A program made the position numbers and the translations under genes. A stretch of DNA of 64,000 nucleotides. It comes from a virus. Lineage: Duplodnaviria > Caudoviricetes. Numbering within the stretch: position 1 is the first letter of the stretch; each line of letters opens with the position of its first letter. Location: positions 1 to 64,000 of IMG/VR virus record IMGVR_UViG_3300037249_000709, one strand, 5' to 3'. The notes beneath the pieces were generated by a model, which was not told the origin of the DNA, ran no database searches, and worked only from the letters and a program-made list of their open reading frames with translations. Shown in pieces: positions 52,279 through 64,000 of the stretch.

Positions 52279-52448
52279 TCAAAATATATTTTTATTGCCG
52301 CCAATCGTGTTTAATTTCACCATTGACGGCGTTATTATTATGTCACTATGACATTGATTCATTCATTTTTTGTAAATAAAAGAGTTGTTTTATCTTAAAC
52401 CAACAACGACAAATGATAAAGTCGCTCATAAGCGAAGCGTTGAGCTAC

Positions 52449-52589
52449 TTCATACTAATACATTATTACTATTATAATACTTATAAGAATCTTAATAGTA
52501 TTAGTATGTCTATTAAGAATCTTATATTTATAACTATAGTCTAATACTTATACTATAATATATGATTAAGGAAATGCAATTTCTTAACA
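52449..52589. repeat. AT-rich palindromic repeat copy 1
   Basis: near-identical to 53477-53598. Confidence 0.75.
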
Positions 52590-52794
52590 TAGCTATGTAT
52601 AGTAATAAGCTACACTATGTGTTATTGTTGGTTCAAGATTTCCACTTTTTCTATGGTTTTACTTTACACATTTTAACATATGCCCCAAAATCAATTCTAA
52701 GCCGTTTTAAGCCACGATTTAATTAAGGGTGTAACTTTACCTCTTAATGCCATTTCGTTGATTCTGGGGCATCCTGGTGAGCAGGAGAATGCTT

Positions 52795-53073
52795 TTAACT
52801 ATTCTCTCTACTATATGCTGATTTTATCTTTTTCTCTGCGGCTTTGCTTATCGTGCCATCAATGTAATTGCCAAGATACTGTTTGCACTGACAACAATAA
52901 GCTCTGCCATTATATATAACATCGATGCTATCGTATAAATCCTCGTTATGAACGCCGTCCTCCTTGCCGTCAAAGCGCATATTTGGGTATATATATCCTT
53001 TTACCTTTTGCTTTTCGCAAAACATATCACTACCGCAAAAAGGACACTCTTTTAATTCACTAAAAGGCATCAT
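52795..53073 (-). CDS. zinc-ribbon (Lar-like) protein
   Basis: LKECPFCG ... CCQCK. Confidence 0.5.
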   Translation of the reverse strand: MMPFSELKECPFCGSDMFCEKQKVKGYIYPNMRFDGKEDGVHNEDLYDSIDVIYNGRAYCCQCKQYLGNYIDGTISKAAEKKIKSAYSRENS

Positions 53074-53476
53074 AAAAATCCTCTCTTTGTGTTACTCTCT
53101 ATCTCTCACATAATAATCATCTGCTCCCGACTTGTATTTCGCATAATCAATTTTGTGTAGGTTGTCTTTATTCTTACACTGAAATGCTGTTCTGCCAACG
53201 AATCCGACGTATGCAAGCTGTTTGTTTTCCTCGATTGCAATAATGTCGTCCGGCTGGCTATCTGTGGGTTTAATTGCGCCAAAGAGATAGCCTTCTTTCT
53301 CGGCGTCAACAAGAAATTCCTTTGCAGTCTGGTTATCTTTGCAAAAGATGTAGACCTTGCCATTGAGTGTGTTTCTAAGATTTTCGATTTTACGCATTAT
53401 AAATTCCTCCATTGAATAAATCTATTTTGAATAACTGATAGTGGTTTTTCATTATCAAAAAATTTTGTAAGAGAAC

Positions 53477-53598
53477 TCATACTAATACGTTATTACTATT
53501 ATAATACTTATAAGAATCTTAATAGTATTAGTATGTAATAGTTAGAGTCTTATTACTATTATTATAATATATGATTAAGGAAGTGCAATTTCTTAACA
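53477..53598. repeat. AT-rich palindromic repeat copy 2
   Basis: near-identical to 52449-52589. Confidence 0.75.
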
Positions 53599-53610
53599 TT
53601 TTTTGAAATC

Positions 53611-53946
53611 TCAATAAAAATCTACTTGCTTAAATAGTGATTTGTTAAGCTCCGATAATTCTAAGTTTTTGTTTGATTCTGCTTCGCAGTATTCATCTAC
53701 ATCGTCATAATAGTCGTTCTCCGTTTCACAATACCAATCAACCCAATCGTTTTCTTCTTCATTCCACATTTGCAATCCGCCGGCATTACAAAAATCCGGT
53801 TTAATTCGTTGGTTGTATTGGAAACAATCATAAGCAGCAAGAATATCCATAACCACTTTGGCTTCTTCTGGCGTTTTGACTGGTATATGGAATGTCTTAG
53901 CTCCAATTTGTGGCATCCACCAAACCCGCATTTTCTTTTCACTCAT
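53611..53946 (-). CDS. P22 gp17-like protein (superinfection exclusion / anti-abortive)
   Basis: RVWW.PQ, YDCFQY..RIKPD.CNAGGL..W. Confidence 0.65.
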   Translation of the reverse strand: MSEKKMRVWWMPQIGAKTFHIPVKTPEEAKVVMDILAAYDCFQYNQRIKPDFCNAGGLQMWNEEENDWVDWYCETENDYYDDVDEYCEAESNKNLELSELNKSLFKQVDFY

Positions 53947-54489
53947 TTTATAAAATCCTCCAATCTCTTTTGAGCCGCCTACAAGGCTCGTCACGCCGTT
54001 TTATTTTTAGGGGTATAATACTTTACCTCTTTACCCTAAATCGTCTGATACAGGGCGAATTTGGGCGGTTCTCGGCTATTTATCATTCAACAATCCTGTT
54101 CGACTTCTTCTACTTCAATATCGTCATATGCGGTATTAGCAACTGGGCTTCGCATATCGCTTACAAATTCCATATGAGCTATATCAACCGCCTCATCTTC
54201 CGATTCTGCTTCTACTTCGTATGTGTAGTATTGTGTAAATGTTACCTCAAATTTCATTTATTTCACCTCCTCTGACTTGACTTTCATACTACATAATCGG
54301 CAACTTTGTAGCACAAAAGTAAACTCCTGCCGTTTCCGACAGGAGCAACTTTCGTTTCCTATCGGTCAAGCATTACCACCTTACATAAGCAGGTTGGTGT
54401 ACGGTCATTGAGCTTGTCTCTCGCGCACTCTAAATAGGTTTTTTCTTTTATTATAACACACAATTTATTATTTGTCAAGTATTTTTTTA

Positions 54490-54762
54490 TTATTCTTCTG
54501 AATCTTCTTCAACGCAATCCTCGCCGATATATGCGTTAATAGCCTTATGCAGCGGCTCACTTATGGTAATTCCGTCTGCCTTACACTTTGCCTTGTATCT
54601 TTCGGCAATGTCCTTTTTAACCGAAACACTTATCTGTGTGTAGGTCTTTTTATTGTAGCGATTTTTAACTGCCGTTGATGTTGTTCTTTTCTTCTCGTCT
54701 TTATGTTCTCTGTAATATCTTGCTTGATATTCTCGGTCTGCTTCCTTGTCTTTTCGTGCCAC
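54490..54762 (-). CDS. small RHH-like DNA-binding protein
   Basis: RYNKKTY.QISVSV..Y.AKC..DG. Confidence 0.55.
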   Translation of the reverse strand: MARKDKEADREYQARYYREHKDEKKRTTSTAVKNRYNKKTYTQISVSVKKDIAERYKAKCKADGITISEPLHKAINAYIGEDCVEEDSEE

Positions 54763-55474
54763 TTATAACTCACCTCAATATAGTTTCTCCTTTTTATCAT
54801 ACCATAATTTTAATTTTTGTCAAGCAACTATTTCCGGCTCGATTATCCAACCAATGCCTTCTTCTTTGTATTTTATCCCGCAGTGGTCTAAAATCGGCAC
54901 AATATCGCCGCATATAAACTCGACCGTTCTGTCGCTAACAATGCCGTTATACACTCTAACCAACTCTTGAAAAACATACTGACTTGATATGCCTTTCGGG
55001 AATTTTCCTTTGTTCGTGGCTGTTTCATATACTTTCTCAATGTATGCTTTTAGCTTTTTATTATTCATTAAATATTCCTCCCAACAACTATTTTTTAGGG
55101 ATACGATTTTTCTCAACATCATAATGAGTATGAAAGTGTGCTATTCGTAATAGGTTACTTCTTGCTCTTAAATTTTCCTCTATGATTTTAACTTTCTTCT
55201 ATATTTCCTCTTCTGTAGAATCATCATCGACATAGAACTCAAAGAAATATTTTTCTATTATTCTAACATTAATATACCCCGACACTTTTTTCATAATTAG
55301 ATTTCCCCCATTGCTTCGCAGTATTTGTATTCCCGATTGTTGCACAAGTACAAAGCAATTTTCTCCCTGTCTTATTTTCCTCAGTAATGATAAAGCTACT
55401 CTCACCGTTGTTGATGTGTTTTACAAATTCATCAATAGTTCTCATAATAAATACCTCCTGTTAAAATATTCGTT

Positions 55475-55810
55475 TTATGTTCTCCAAGCTGATTTACATT
55501 TTCTGACAATATACCAATGTTCACCATAATCCTCAATTCTATCCTCGGTAGGTATTAAATTGTGGCGTAAGCAACATTCAGATATTTCATTTAACTGTTC
55601 TCTCCTTGCGGCGAAATAATCATTAACTGGTAATCCCGAAGGAATTGAATATTTAGGAACAAGAATAACATAATCCATATCATCCCAAAATCCATCAATA
55701 TCAAACTCGACTTCGGATATTCCTTTGATTTTAAGTAAATCATTCTCAAGTTGCTGTAACTTGTTTAAAATTCCAAATCGTTCAGCGGTTTCAATCGTTC
55801 TTTTATCCAT
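55475..55810 (-). CDS. hypothetical protein bounded by TAAAA-N6-TTTTAT sites
   Basis: AGGAGG RBS; sites at 55461-55478 and 55826-55843. Confidence 0.6.
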   Translation of the reverse strand: MDKRTIETAERFGILNKLQQLENDLLKIKGISEVEFDIDGFWDDMDYVILVPKYSIPSGLPVNDYFAARREQLNEISECCLRHNLIPTEDRIEDYGEHWYIVRKCKSAWRT

Positions 55811-56602
55811 TTTATTTTTCCTCCTATAAAATACTTGTTTTATTAGTTTTCTTCCTTAATCGCATAAACATTATTACCTTCTGCTATTATTTCATATCCG
55901 CATTTTTTATAAAAATCTGCGGCACTGCTGTTTATGCGTGAAATTACATGGTTCGGATATTTTCCAAGTAAATGAGCAAATCCGCCTTTTAAAGCTTTGA
56001 GCATTCGTCTATCGCATTCTCTCCACTCTAAACCGTTCTTGTGCTCCAACCAATCCTTGATATAATCCAAAGGCATACATTCTATTCGTTCGATAAAATC
56101 TGTTCCGGCAATCATAGCAAGACCAAAACTTTCATTTGCCGACATTGCAGCATCAGCATATTCCCTCAACCATCCGTATTCAGGGTGTTGGCTAAAGTGG
56201 TTGATTTTCTCGTTAAATAGTTTATACCTACTTTCTTTCCATTCTTTGTAAGAAAGTGCATACATTTTACTCATAATGATATCTCCTAAAAAATTATTGT
56301 TATTATTTCCCTTTTAATGCTCTGTTCATTTCGTCTGAAACATTCAAGCATACCTCTCGTGCTGCATCCCAAATGTCAATCTGTATTCTCAACACTTTCA
56401 TTTCTTCCTTTAGATTGTTGAGATACTTTTCTAAATCGACATATTGTTCATAAGATAAGTTTTTCTTTGCATTTTCTCCTTTTAATCTGGATTCTGCTTC
56501 TAAAAATTCCTTGTGGGTATCGGCGTACATTTTTGAATATTCTACATACTTATCTGAAATAGCTTGACGTACTCTTTTGTTATATCTTTGCTCCTCCATT
56601 TT

Positions 56603-57115
56603 TTACGCTCCTTGAATTAGTTTTAATCTTCCGTGACATCTTCCACAAGTATATAATGATGTATGCTTTATAAGGTCGCTCCTTTTCTGCCTTTTTATGA
56701 GTTGTCCGCAGCACTCACATTGAACAATATACTTCGGCTCTACTTGCTTTCTAACTGGCATAGTTTCTTTTTTTACACCTATGCCCGCCGCAGGACAAGT
56801 ACGCTTGATGTCATAGCCGTATGCTCTTTTTACTTTATCCGCAAGCCGTTTCCATTCTGCTCCGTGATTCATACAGCCCTTACAACTATGAAGTAGCTCA
56901 TGTATGATTGTGTTTTTCAAGCCTTCCACATCGTTTCTCTCGTCAAGAAGAATTGCATTGATATTGATTGCAAATCCACCAGGAACTTTCCGACATTGAC
57001 CCCATCTCTTTTTCGCCCTTGTGTTGATAGACCACTCGATGATTTCGCCGTATTTAATTCCTATCTTGTCAAGCTCGGCTTTACACTCGTTTATATACTT
57101 CTGAAAATCTCTCAT
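56603..57115 (-). CDS. SprT-like zinc metalloprotease
   Basis: WGQC, HELLH, HG.EW, C-terminal CECCG..CGRC. Confidence 0.85.
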   Translation of the reverse strand: MRDFQKYINECKAELDKIGIKYGEIIEWSINTRAKKRWGQCRKVPGGFAININAILLDERNDVEGLKNTIIHELLHSCKGCMNHGAEWKRLADKVKRAYGYDIKRTCPAAGIGVKKETMPVRKQVEPKYIVQCECCGQLIKRQKRSDLIKHTSLYTCGRCHGRLKLIQGA

Positions 57116-57375
57116 AAGTTATCCCTCATTTCTTCGATTTGGTCGATGATACTTTCACACTCAGCTACGCAAAATTTTAAAGACTTTGCTTCATACGGGC
57201 AATTAGCAAAAATCTTCTGTCCCATCCTCTGAATCACAATTACACATTCATATCCTCTATACATGAACATCTTTTCAATAGCATGGTTTATCATTGTAAA
57301 TTCTCCTCTTTACCATATAATTATTTGGGTTGTTTCTTAACTTAAAAAAAATAATTGGTTTCACTCACCATACTT

Positions 57376-57404
57376 ATTATATCACACTTTTAGTAGTATG
57401 TCAA
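57376..57404 (-). promoter_or_regulatory. sigma-A promoter, box downstream at ~57319-57340
   Basis: TTGACA-17-TATAAT. Confidence 0.75.
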
Positions 57405-59288
57405 TACTTTTTTTATAAAAAAATAAAAGTTTTTTTGAAAGGTCGTCATCGGGCAAAGCTATATAGCCTCGCCCTCGACATATTCCTTTGTTTTGGCATT
57501 ATGTCCAAGATAATACACCAATTCGCCGTGTTCGTCCTCATAGTCGTCCATCAGCTTATAGATACATTCTTTTGTTGTTGAGCCGTGTACTTCGGTTTCA
57601 AAGCCATCTTCAAATTTTCCTGTCATCGTCCAGTCCATATATCAATTCTCCCTTGTCGTTTCTTGTTCCTCTGCAAAATCTGCGGATTTCTCCTTCGATT
57701 ACCATTTCTGTATATTCTTTGGGGCTTGTCCCCATATCTTGTGTATAGTATTTTTGAGCTTTTCGCAAGCCGATAAGACCGACTTCATATAAATATGATT
57801 TTTCAATATTGAATTTTTCCGCATATTGCTCTGCTGTTTTAGATATAAATTCCGTATCTTTCATAGTTTACTCCATGTCAATCCCAGAAAATGTTGTCGG
57901 TTTCGTAATTGCTTACAACAGTTTCGCAAATATAATTCTCATTTCCATCATTACAAGGCAAACCAAACTGATAGGCAAGATTGCCGCCGTCTTTATACGC
58001 CGTATAAACCTCTGCTATCATTGAACTATCCTCATCTGATTCCATTGTGTTGAATATCACATAGATGATTTTCTTATCTTCTGTATCAAGGTCGATAACT
58101 ATTGTCTTTGTCAGTGTTATTTTATAGTTAGCTTTCATTATGCAACACTCCTTTTTATTCTCTCGGTAAATCCAATATGGCATCTACAAATTGTGTGTTC
58201 GGGTAAGACCTAACATACACTTTTCCATTTAATGCAATGACTGGAATAAGGTATTTATCGCTATTAGCAAGGAATATTTTTTTTCCTCGCTCTCCTCCTG
58301 CTCTATCTTTTTGAGCATAAAATAAACATCTTGTGTTGTGTGGTATGTTTCTCCGATATATAAACCCTCAATGTCAAGAGGATTATAAGAAACAATGCGA
58401 CCTTTACGCATACGGATTTTTGTTACATAGTTAGGCATCGCAATTTTCCTCCCAATTTGAAATGATTTCTTCTGCCTGTATGGGTATTTCTTCCCAGCGT
58501 TTTCTGTCTATGTTAAATTTGTATCTTCTTGTTCCCTCCGATGGTTTAAATGGTGGCAACGAATGTCTGGTTGCAGTCCACAAAACTCTATCATCGTATT
58601 TTCCTTTATATGGTGACATATCGAATATTCCGGATGCCCTATGAAAAGTTTTTCCTTTTTTTAGCACCTCGTTATAGTCATACCCACTCGGTTCTGTTCT
58701 ATATCTATTTATATGCTTTCTTGCTGACATATGAAACACCTCGTTTTACCTTTATTATATCATAACATATTATTTTGTTCAATACTTTTATTGGATTTGT
58801 TAGTCTTTAGCAAAAATCATCGCTAACGCCACCGGCACAAGCACTAACATATATGTAACATCTCTTTCTCCCAGTGCAATCATAATTTTGCAAAGAAAAA
58901 TAGAACCTATCAACATTCCAAATCCGAACAATCTTCTTAACATAGTCTGTTCTTTTCTCTTTTTCCTTGCTCTTGCTTTTTCTCTTTCTTCTTTGCGTGT
59001 TTTGATATATGTTTGACTTTTGATTTCATCTACGTATGTTTCCAAATCAAACGGAGTAAAATTTCCGTATTGATTCATTGTATAAACTTTCATAGGTTTT
59101 GTTGTTTTCATTGTTGATTCCATTTATATTCTATCCTCCTTTTAGGTTTACTTTCACACTACATTCTTAATAGTTTTGTAGCATGAAAGTAAACCAATAT
59201 ATATATTCCGAGTGTGTTTCAGAAGTTGCAAGTTATTACGGATATATTACATATTTGTATCAAAAGCGTAACAACGGATTATTCTGTA

Positions 59289-60422
59289 TTAAGCAACATT
59301 CTTAACAAAGCTATGTACTCTTTCTTCATCTTCAGGTTCTGTTCTCAGTGGCACAAGTAGTACAGAACAATCAGAATTTCCGTTAATTTTCCACATTCCT
59401 GCTTGTACATCAATACGAACATTCTCTTTGCCATAAGTTTTCATAACTAATTCTACATATACAGGGTTAAAACTCTGTATATATTTTTCCGATTCCAATA
59501 TTGTGGAATTGTCAACAGTCTGTAAACTATCCATAGTTTGAATGTTGTTGCCAAGAGCCATTGCAGACAATTCTCCGCTAACATTGGTAAATACCATTTC
59601 TGGCGAAATATCCTTATATTCCTTTGCCAATTTACAAATTTCATCTGCATCTATATCAAAAGCACTTGTAAAATTAGCGTTAAAAGATTGTTCCAAATTA
59701 GCATACTTGCCTTCCAACAACCTTGTTACAAATTTAAAATCTTCTCCCTCATAAACAACAAATTTTCCACCGTATGACACCACAATATCACAGTCTTGCT
59801 TGCTATTTTTTGTTCCAGATACACCCTTGATTTCTTTTGATACTTCGGGAATCGTAATTTCAAATGTATCAAAATCTCCGTGTACCTTTTGCCTGATGCC
59901 ATAGAATCCCGAACAACCATAAAATATTCCAAGACCTTCTGCACCAACAATATGAATACCTTTATAAATAAGTTTTGAATCTCTCTTAAACAAATAAGGC
60001 TTGATTTTTGTCATTATTGCCAACAGTTCAGACTGCTTGACAGTGAAAGCGTGTTGTGTTTTTCCAATTGTCGGCAATGAAAAATCTTCTGCCTTATCAT
60101 ACACAAAAAATCGACTTGCTTTCTTTGTAGACTTGACAACACCAGATTTTTCCGCAGATTCAAGCGTAATTCTGCCTTTCATGTTGTACAGGCTTTTAAG
60201 GCTATCCCTGTGAATAACCATAGTTCCTTCCTCGACAACATCGACCTCATTGGTTGCAACTTCCGCATAATAATCAAGGTTATAAGCTTTTGCGACTACC
60301 TTGTTATCACTTGCTTCAATCAGTACAGATTCCATAACAGACGAGCTACCTTTCTTCGCTGTTGCTATTACTGCTCTTTCCGTGATGTTCTTGAAGTCCT
60401 CTGCGTACATTGAAATTTTCAT
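59289..60422 (-). CDS. DNA polymerase III beta-clamp-like protein
   Basis: 377 aa, TRLLEGKY, FNPVY, LLVPLR. Confidence 0.75.
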   Translation of the reverse strand: MKISMYAEDFKNITERAVIATAKKGSSSVMESVLIEASDNKVVAKAYNLDYYAEVATNEVDVVEEGTMVIHRDSLKSLYNMKGRITLESAEKSGVVKSTKKASRFFVYDKAEDFSLPTIGKTQHAFTVKQSELLAIMTKIKPYLFKRDSKLIYKGIHIVGAEGLGIFYGCSGFYGIRQKVHGDFDTFEITIPEVSKEIKGVSGTKNSKQDCDIVVSYGGKFVVYEGEDFKFVTRLLEGKYANLEQSFNANFTSAFDIDADEICKLAKEYKDISPEMVFTNVSGELSAMALGNNIQTMDSLQTVDNSTILESEKYIQSFNPVYVELVMKTYGKENVRIDVQAGMWKINGNSDCSVLLVPLRTEPEDEERVHSFVKNVA

Positions 60423-63400
60423 GTTTTATTCCTCCTTATATATTCAACTATTTTCTATGTCATTTAAAGCATTTTTAATACAATCTAATTTTACACTAAT
60501 CGAAATCAACTGATTGATTGTATAAACTCTTGCATCGTATTTCAACCCTAATTCTAATTCTTCAAAGGCATCAAGAGCTTTATTGACAGATTTTTTCAGA
60601 TTTTCTATATCTTCAATAGTCTGCTGTCTATGTTGCTCAATCAGATTTCTCATATTCATTCCTCCTACAATTTTAATACTATTAAAGCACCTTGTCACTT
60701 TTAGATACGCAAGTGTAGATTACTAATTTTCCATATACTATCCACAACTTAAGAAAAAAATACAAATTTTGTGGCAGACGTTTTGTCGCTCCGTTCCTGT
60801 ATTCTATGCAGTACCGCTTTACTCATAAAATGCTTAAGTTGTGGACAGTGATTCCCGTCTATTGTATTTCCTTCGGCTATTATGCTATCTCAATCCACCA
60901 CAATTTAGGCTTTTCAGCCCAATCTTTAGGATTATCTGCATTAGTCGTTCCCCAATTACGGTAAAGAACAGCAACACCACGTTTGTTCTTGTATACTACT
61001 TCAAGACTTTCACAGTTGTTACCTCTTCTACAACTGCCGGTGTAATCTGCTGACCATATTTTGCCTACCGTAGCCTCTTTAAAATCCTTTGCGTAAAGAT
61101 TAATTTCTTCGCCTCTACCGCCTTGAAAATCGCAAAAGTCACTTCTAAGAGTTACAATCGGAGCTTCTACCAATACACTTGTTTTCATAATGATTCCTCC
61201 TATAATCTTAATTAAAGCACCTGATTACTTTGGATATATCAGTGTAGCTTTACAGCGTGAATATTGTATCCACACTGCCATCAGCGTTATGCTTTTGTTT
61301 ATGATTTAACTGTAATAGTTAGCGTATAACCGTTTTCTTCCGTACATAAATTATTTAATTCCATTAGCTGTTATAAGCATAGATTTGAATATATACATCA
61401 AGGTCGGGATATTCTGTGCCGAAAAATCCGTTAGCCCTACAATTAAAACAGATTTCTGATTCCGCCTTTAAGATTTCAAAATGGTCATTTGAACGGCTTG
61501 CAATCCTCGCAGCGGTCTGACAATCTTCCATGAAGCTCTCTTTGGTTATTTCTTTCATATCATTTATGATTTTCCTAACTTCGGGCATCATATCCAATGT
61601 CAAGTGTTTTCTCATCTCAGGCGTAATTTTAACTTTCATAGCTCATTCTCCTTTGCTTAATACAATTCGTCAAAAGCCTCTATGATTCTCCTTTTGCGTT
61701 CTTCGTCATTGTCCGCAGATGTTTCGTAAATGCTCCAGGTACAGTCAAAGCCGCAGCGATTAGTTACTTCTTCGATTCTGCCGTCAACAATCAGTCGCAT
61801 AAATATCTTTGTGCCGTATGTGTGTTCTGTTATTTTCCGTACCTTATCATCAAGGAAAAATCCTGTTGATTTGTGATTTATTAAATACCTTCTTACGCAA
61901 TCATAAGCCTTATCAATAGTCAGGTAGTTTTCAACATAATCAACATACTCGCCGTTTTCAAACAGCACAACACAAAAACTTCTGCCGTCCTTATTTCTCA
62001 CAACCGTGATTTCGTCGCCATCCTTTGTGGCTCTTATGAGATTATGCAGTTTATTGAAGTATTCCTCACAAGTATAATCCCCATCTATGATGTGCTTAAA
62101 TCTCATTTCTGTCATTTTATCACACCTCCAGTTCTGATAAAGCCGCTGCCAATTCTTGCAGCATACCGTCAATATCTTCTGCATCGTGTACCAATTCCCT
62201 TGCTGACGGAATGCCACTCACGCCGTTTCTTTTTGCCTCTATCCGCATTTCGATATGCTCATCAATATCAAAATCGGCAGCATATTCTCTAACTTCTTTG
62301 ATGATGTTTTCCTTGCCAACTGTAAAGCTAAAATCTTCTCCTGCTGGACTATACTGATAAAACGATACCGTGTCGCCGTCATCTTCTACAGACCAGCCAA
62401 GAGCTTCCGATGTTTTGATTATTTTATTCAACATTGTTATTTCCTCCTTGCTTAATGGAATATTCCCGCTCGTATTCTGTCTTGCTAAGAATTTGATTGA
62501 CGAACCACTCCGCAGTTCTGTTACCTCTGCCCTTGTCGGCTTCTACATTATCCCATACTATTCGTGTTAAATCTTCGCTTTCTTGTCTGTCATATCCTTT
62601 TGCTTGTATCATTTTCATCACTCGGAGAAAATTTCTATGTGTTCGATTTCGCATTTTCATTCCTTACACCTCGTTCCATTTTCCGACTTCATAAGCTGTT
62701 GAGCCGATGCTTATTGTAACAGTTCCTTCGTGTGTGATACCTTGACCTACCAAGTTTATTCTTTTGGTTATTCTGCAAAGCGGCATATTATATAATGACT
62801 TATCGTACACAAGCAGCTCGACGGATTTTCCGCTTTTGGAGATGCTGCATATCTTTATGTGGTCGATGTTCCTTTCCCATCCACCTCTATCTACTATTGC
62901 ACACCTCTCTTTAAGAGGAATAATGCTTCTGTTATATACTGTCATAATCTGTTTCATATTATCCCTCCTGTATTATATTTCCATCTCTGCAAAAGAAGTC
63001 ATCTCAAAAGTCAAATCTTCCGGCGTTCTTGCGAATTTTTCAACCCATACCGAAAAATGCTGCGAAAGATACGATTCAAGATTTTCAAGATTTTCCGGCT
63101 TTTCAGATATAGTTTTGATTGCCTTGCAAAACTGCTCTGCTAATATCTTGTTGTTCGCTTCCATATCATCATCTCCTTGTGTTGTTAGCACTCTTGATAC
63201 TTTAGACTGTCAAGATGTAGCCTTAACAGCAGCTGTTCTGGCTGCTGCCTATCGGTCGTCGTGCGTTTAATATCCATAATGGAGTATTTGTAGGTCGTTC
63301 CACATATCAGGATTAAATCCTTTCAGCAAACCTAAAAACGGTTTTAATCGTCTATAATTATCTCTCTCGATTTCGGATTCCAGCCATTCGATAACCTTGT

Positions 63401-63710
63401 CGATTTTGGCAGATTTTATTTTGTCACCGTATCTATCCCTGCTCGTTGTGTGGTTGCCATCTTCCGCATATATTTCATAATCTATTTCTTCTGTGAATAA
63501 TTTGTAAAACGAATAATCCATTCTACACATTTCCATTGTGGCAATAATTTCTGCATATACTTGCTCAGGCTGATTTTCTGGCTTCCAGCGTGTTACATCG
63601 ACTATAAAAATTTTGCATTCATAACCCATAAATCATTCCTCCATTTATAATATAGTTATTTGGATTGTTTCTTTACTCAAAAAAATAATTTCCATTTACT
63701 TACTATAATA

Positions 63711-63739
63711 ATTATACCATACTTCTATTAGTATGTCAA
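63711..63739 (-). promoter_or_regulatory. sigma-A promoter, box downstream at ~63653-63675
   Basis: TTGACA-17-TATAAT. Confidence 0.75.
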
Positions 63740-64000
63740 TACTTTTTTTAAAAAAATTCGTTTATTATCTAAAATCATAAAGTTTGCAGTTTTCTTCAAT
63801 CCAATCAATGCCAGAGAATAAGTCAGCCATATTCTCGCCTATATCTTGCCAGTTAGATGGGCAGTTAAATGTTCTTGCCATTTCAGCCATAAGTTGATAT
63901 GCAAATGCTGCCATCTCATAGTCTTTGTGTCTGTACGCCGATGTAATCATATCTTCTATAATCTTTTCCATAATGCAGCCTCCCTAACATCAATTATTAT

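Noticed and set aside
1672-63270. Numerous short + strand ORFs in the ORF track
   Set aside because: Antisense shadows of - strand genes or tRNAs without RBS or motifs; only 13303-14301 and the fragment at 46-207 are credible

Overview
AT-rich segment of a large temperate-type Firmicutes (Clostridia-like) bacteriophage, with almost all genes on the - strand. It holds DNA-modification genes (7 MTase loci, 2 PAPS-reductase-like loci, MetK), RNA repair genes (Pnk-HD, RNA ligase, RlaP-type nucleotidyltransferase, Thg1), LigA, a PurA-like/vWA module, ADP-ribose enzymes and two tRNA clusters. It also holds an IS607/TnpB element inserted in tRNA-Leu, a tyrosine recombinase-MazF-MrpR-like cluster, and many small early genes behind repeated sigma-A promoters. 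Two candidate novel systems stand out. (1) Five short invertible segments are each bounded by inverted ATAAAA-N6-TTTTAT sites with a locus-specific 6-bp spacer. They carry the RBS/start codon of DNA-modification genes and, together with G/C homopolymer switches, would phase-vary the phage epigenome. (2) Five covarying structured small RNAs (GG-CUA/WUUU-CC internal loop, UUCCUUCU, variable loop) flank a large helical protein with a TerD-like domain, reminiscent of a Ro60/Y-RNA-like or guide-RNA ribonucleoprotein. All calls come from reading the sequence and motifs; no database searches were run.
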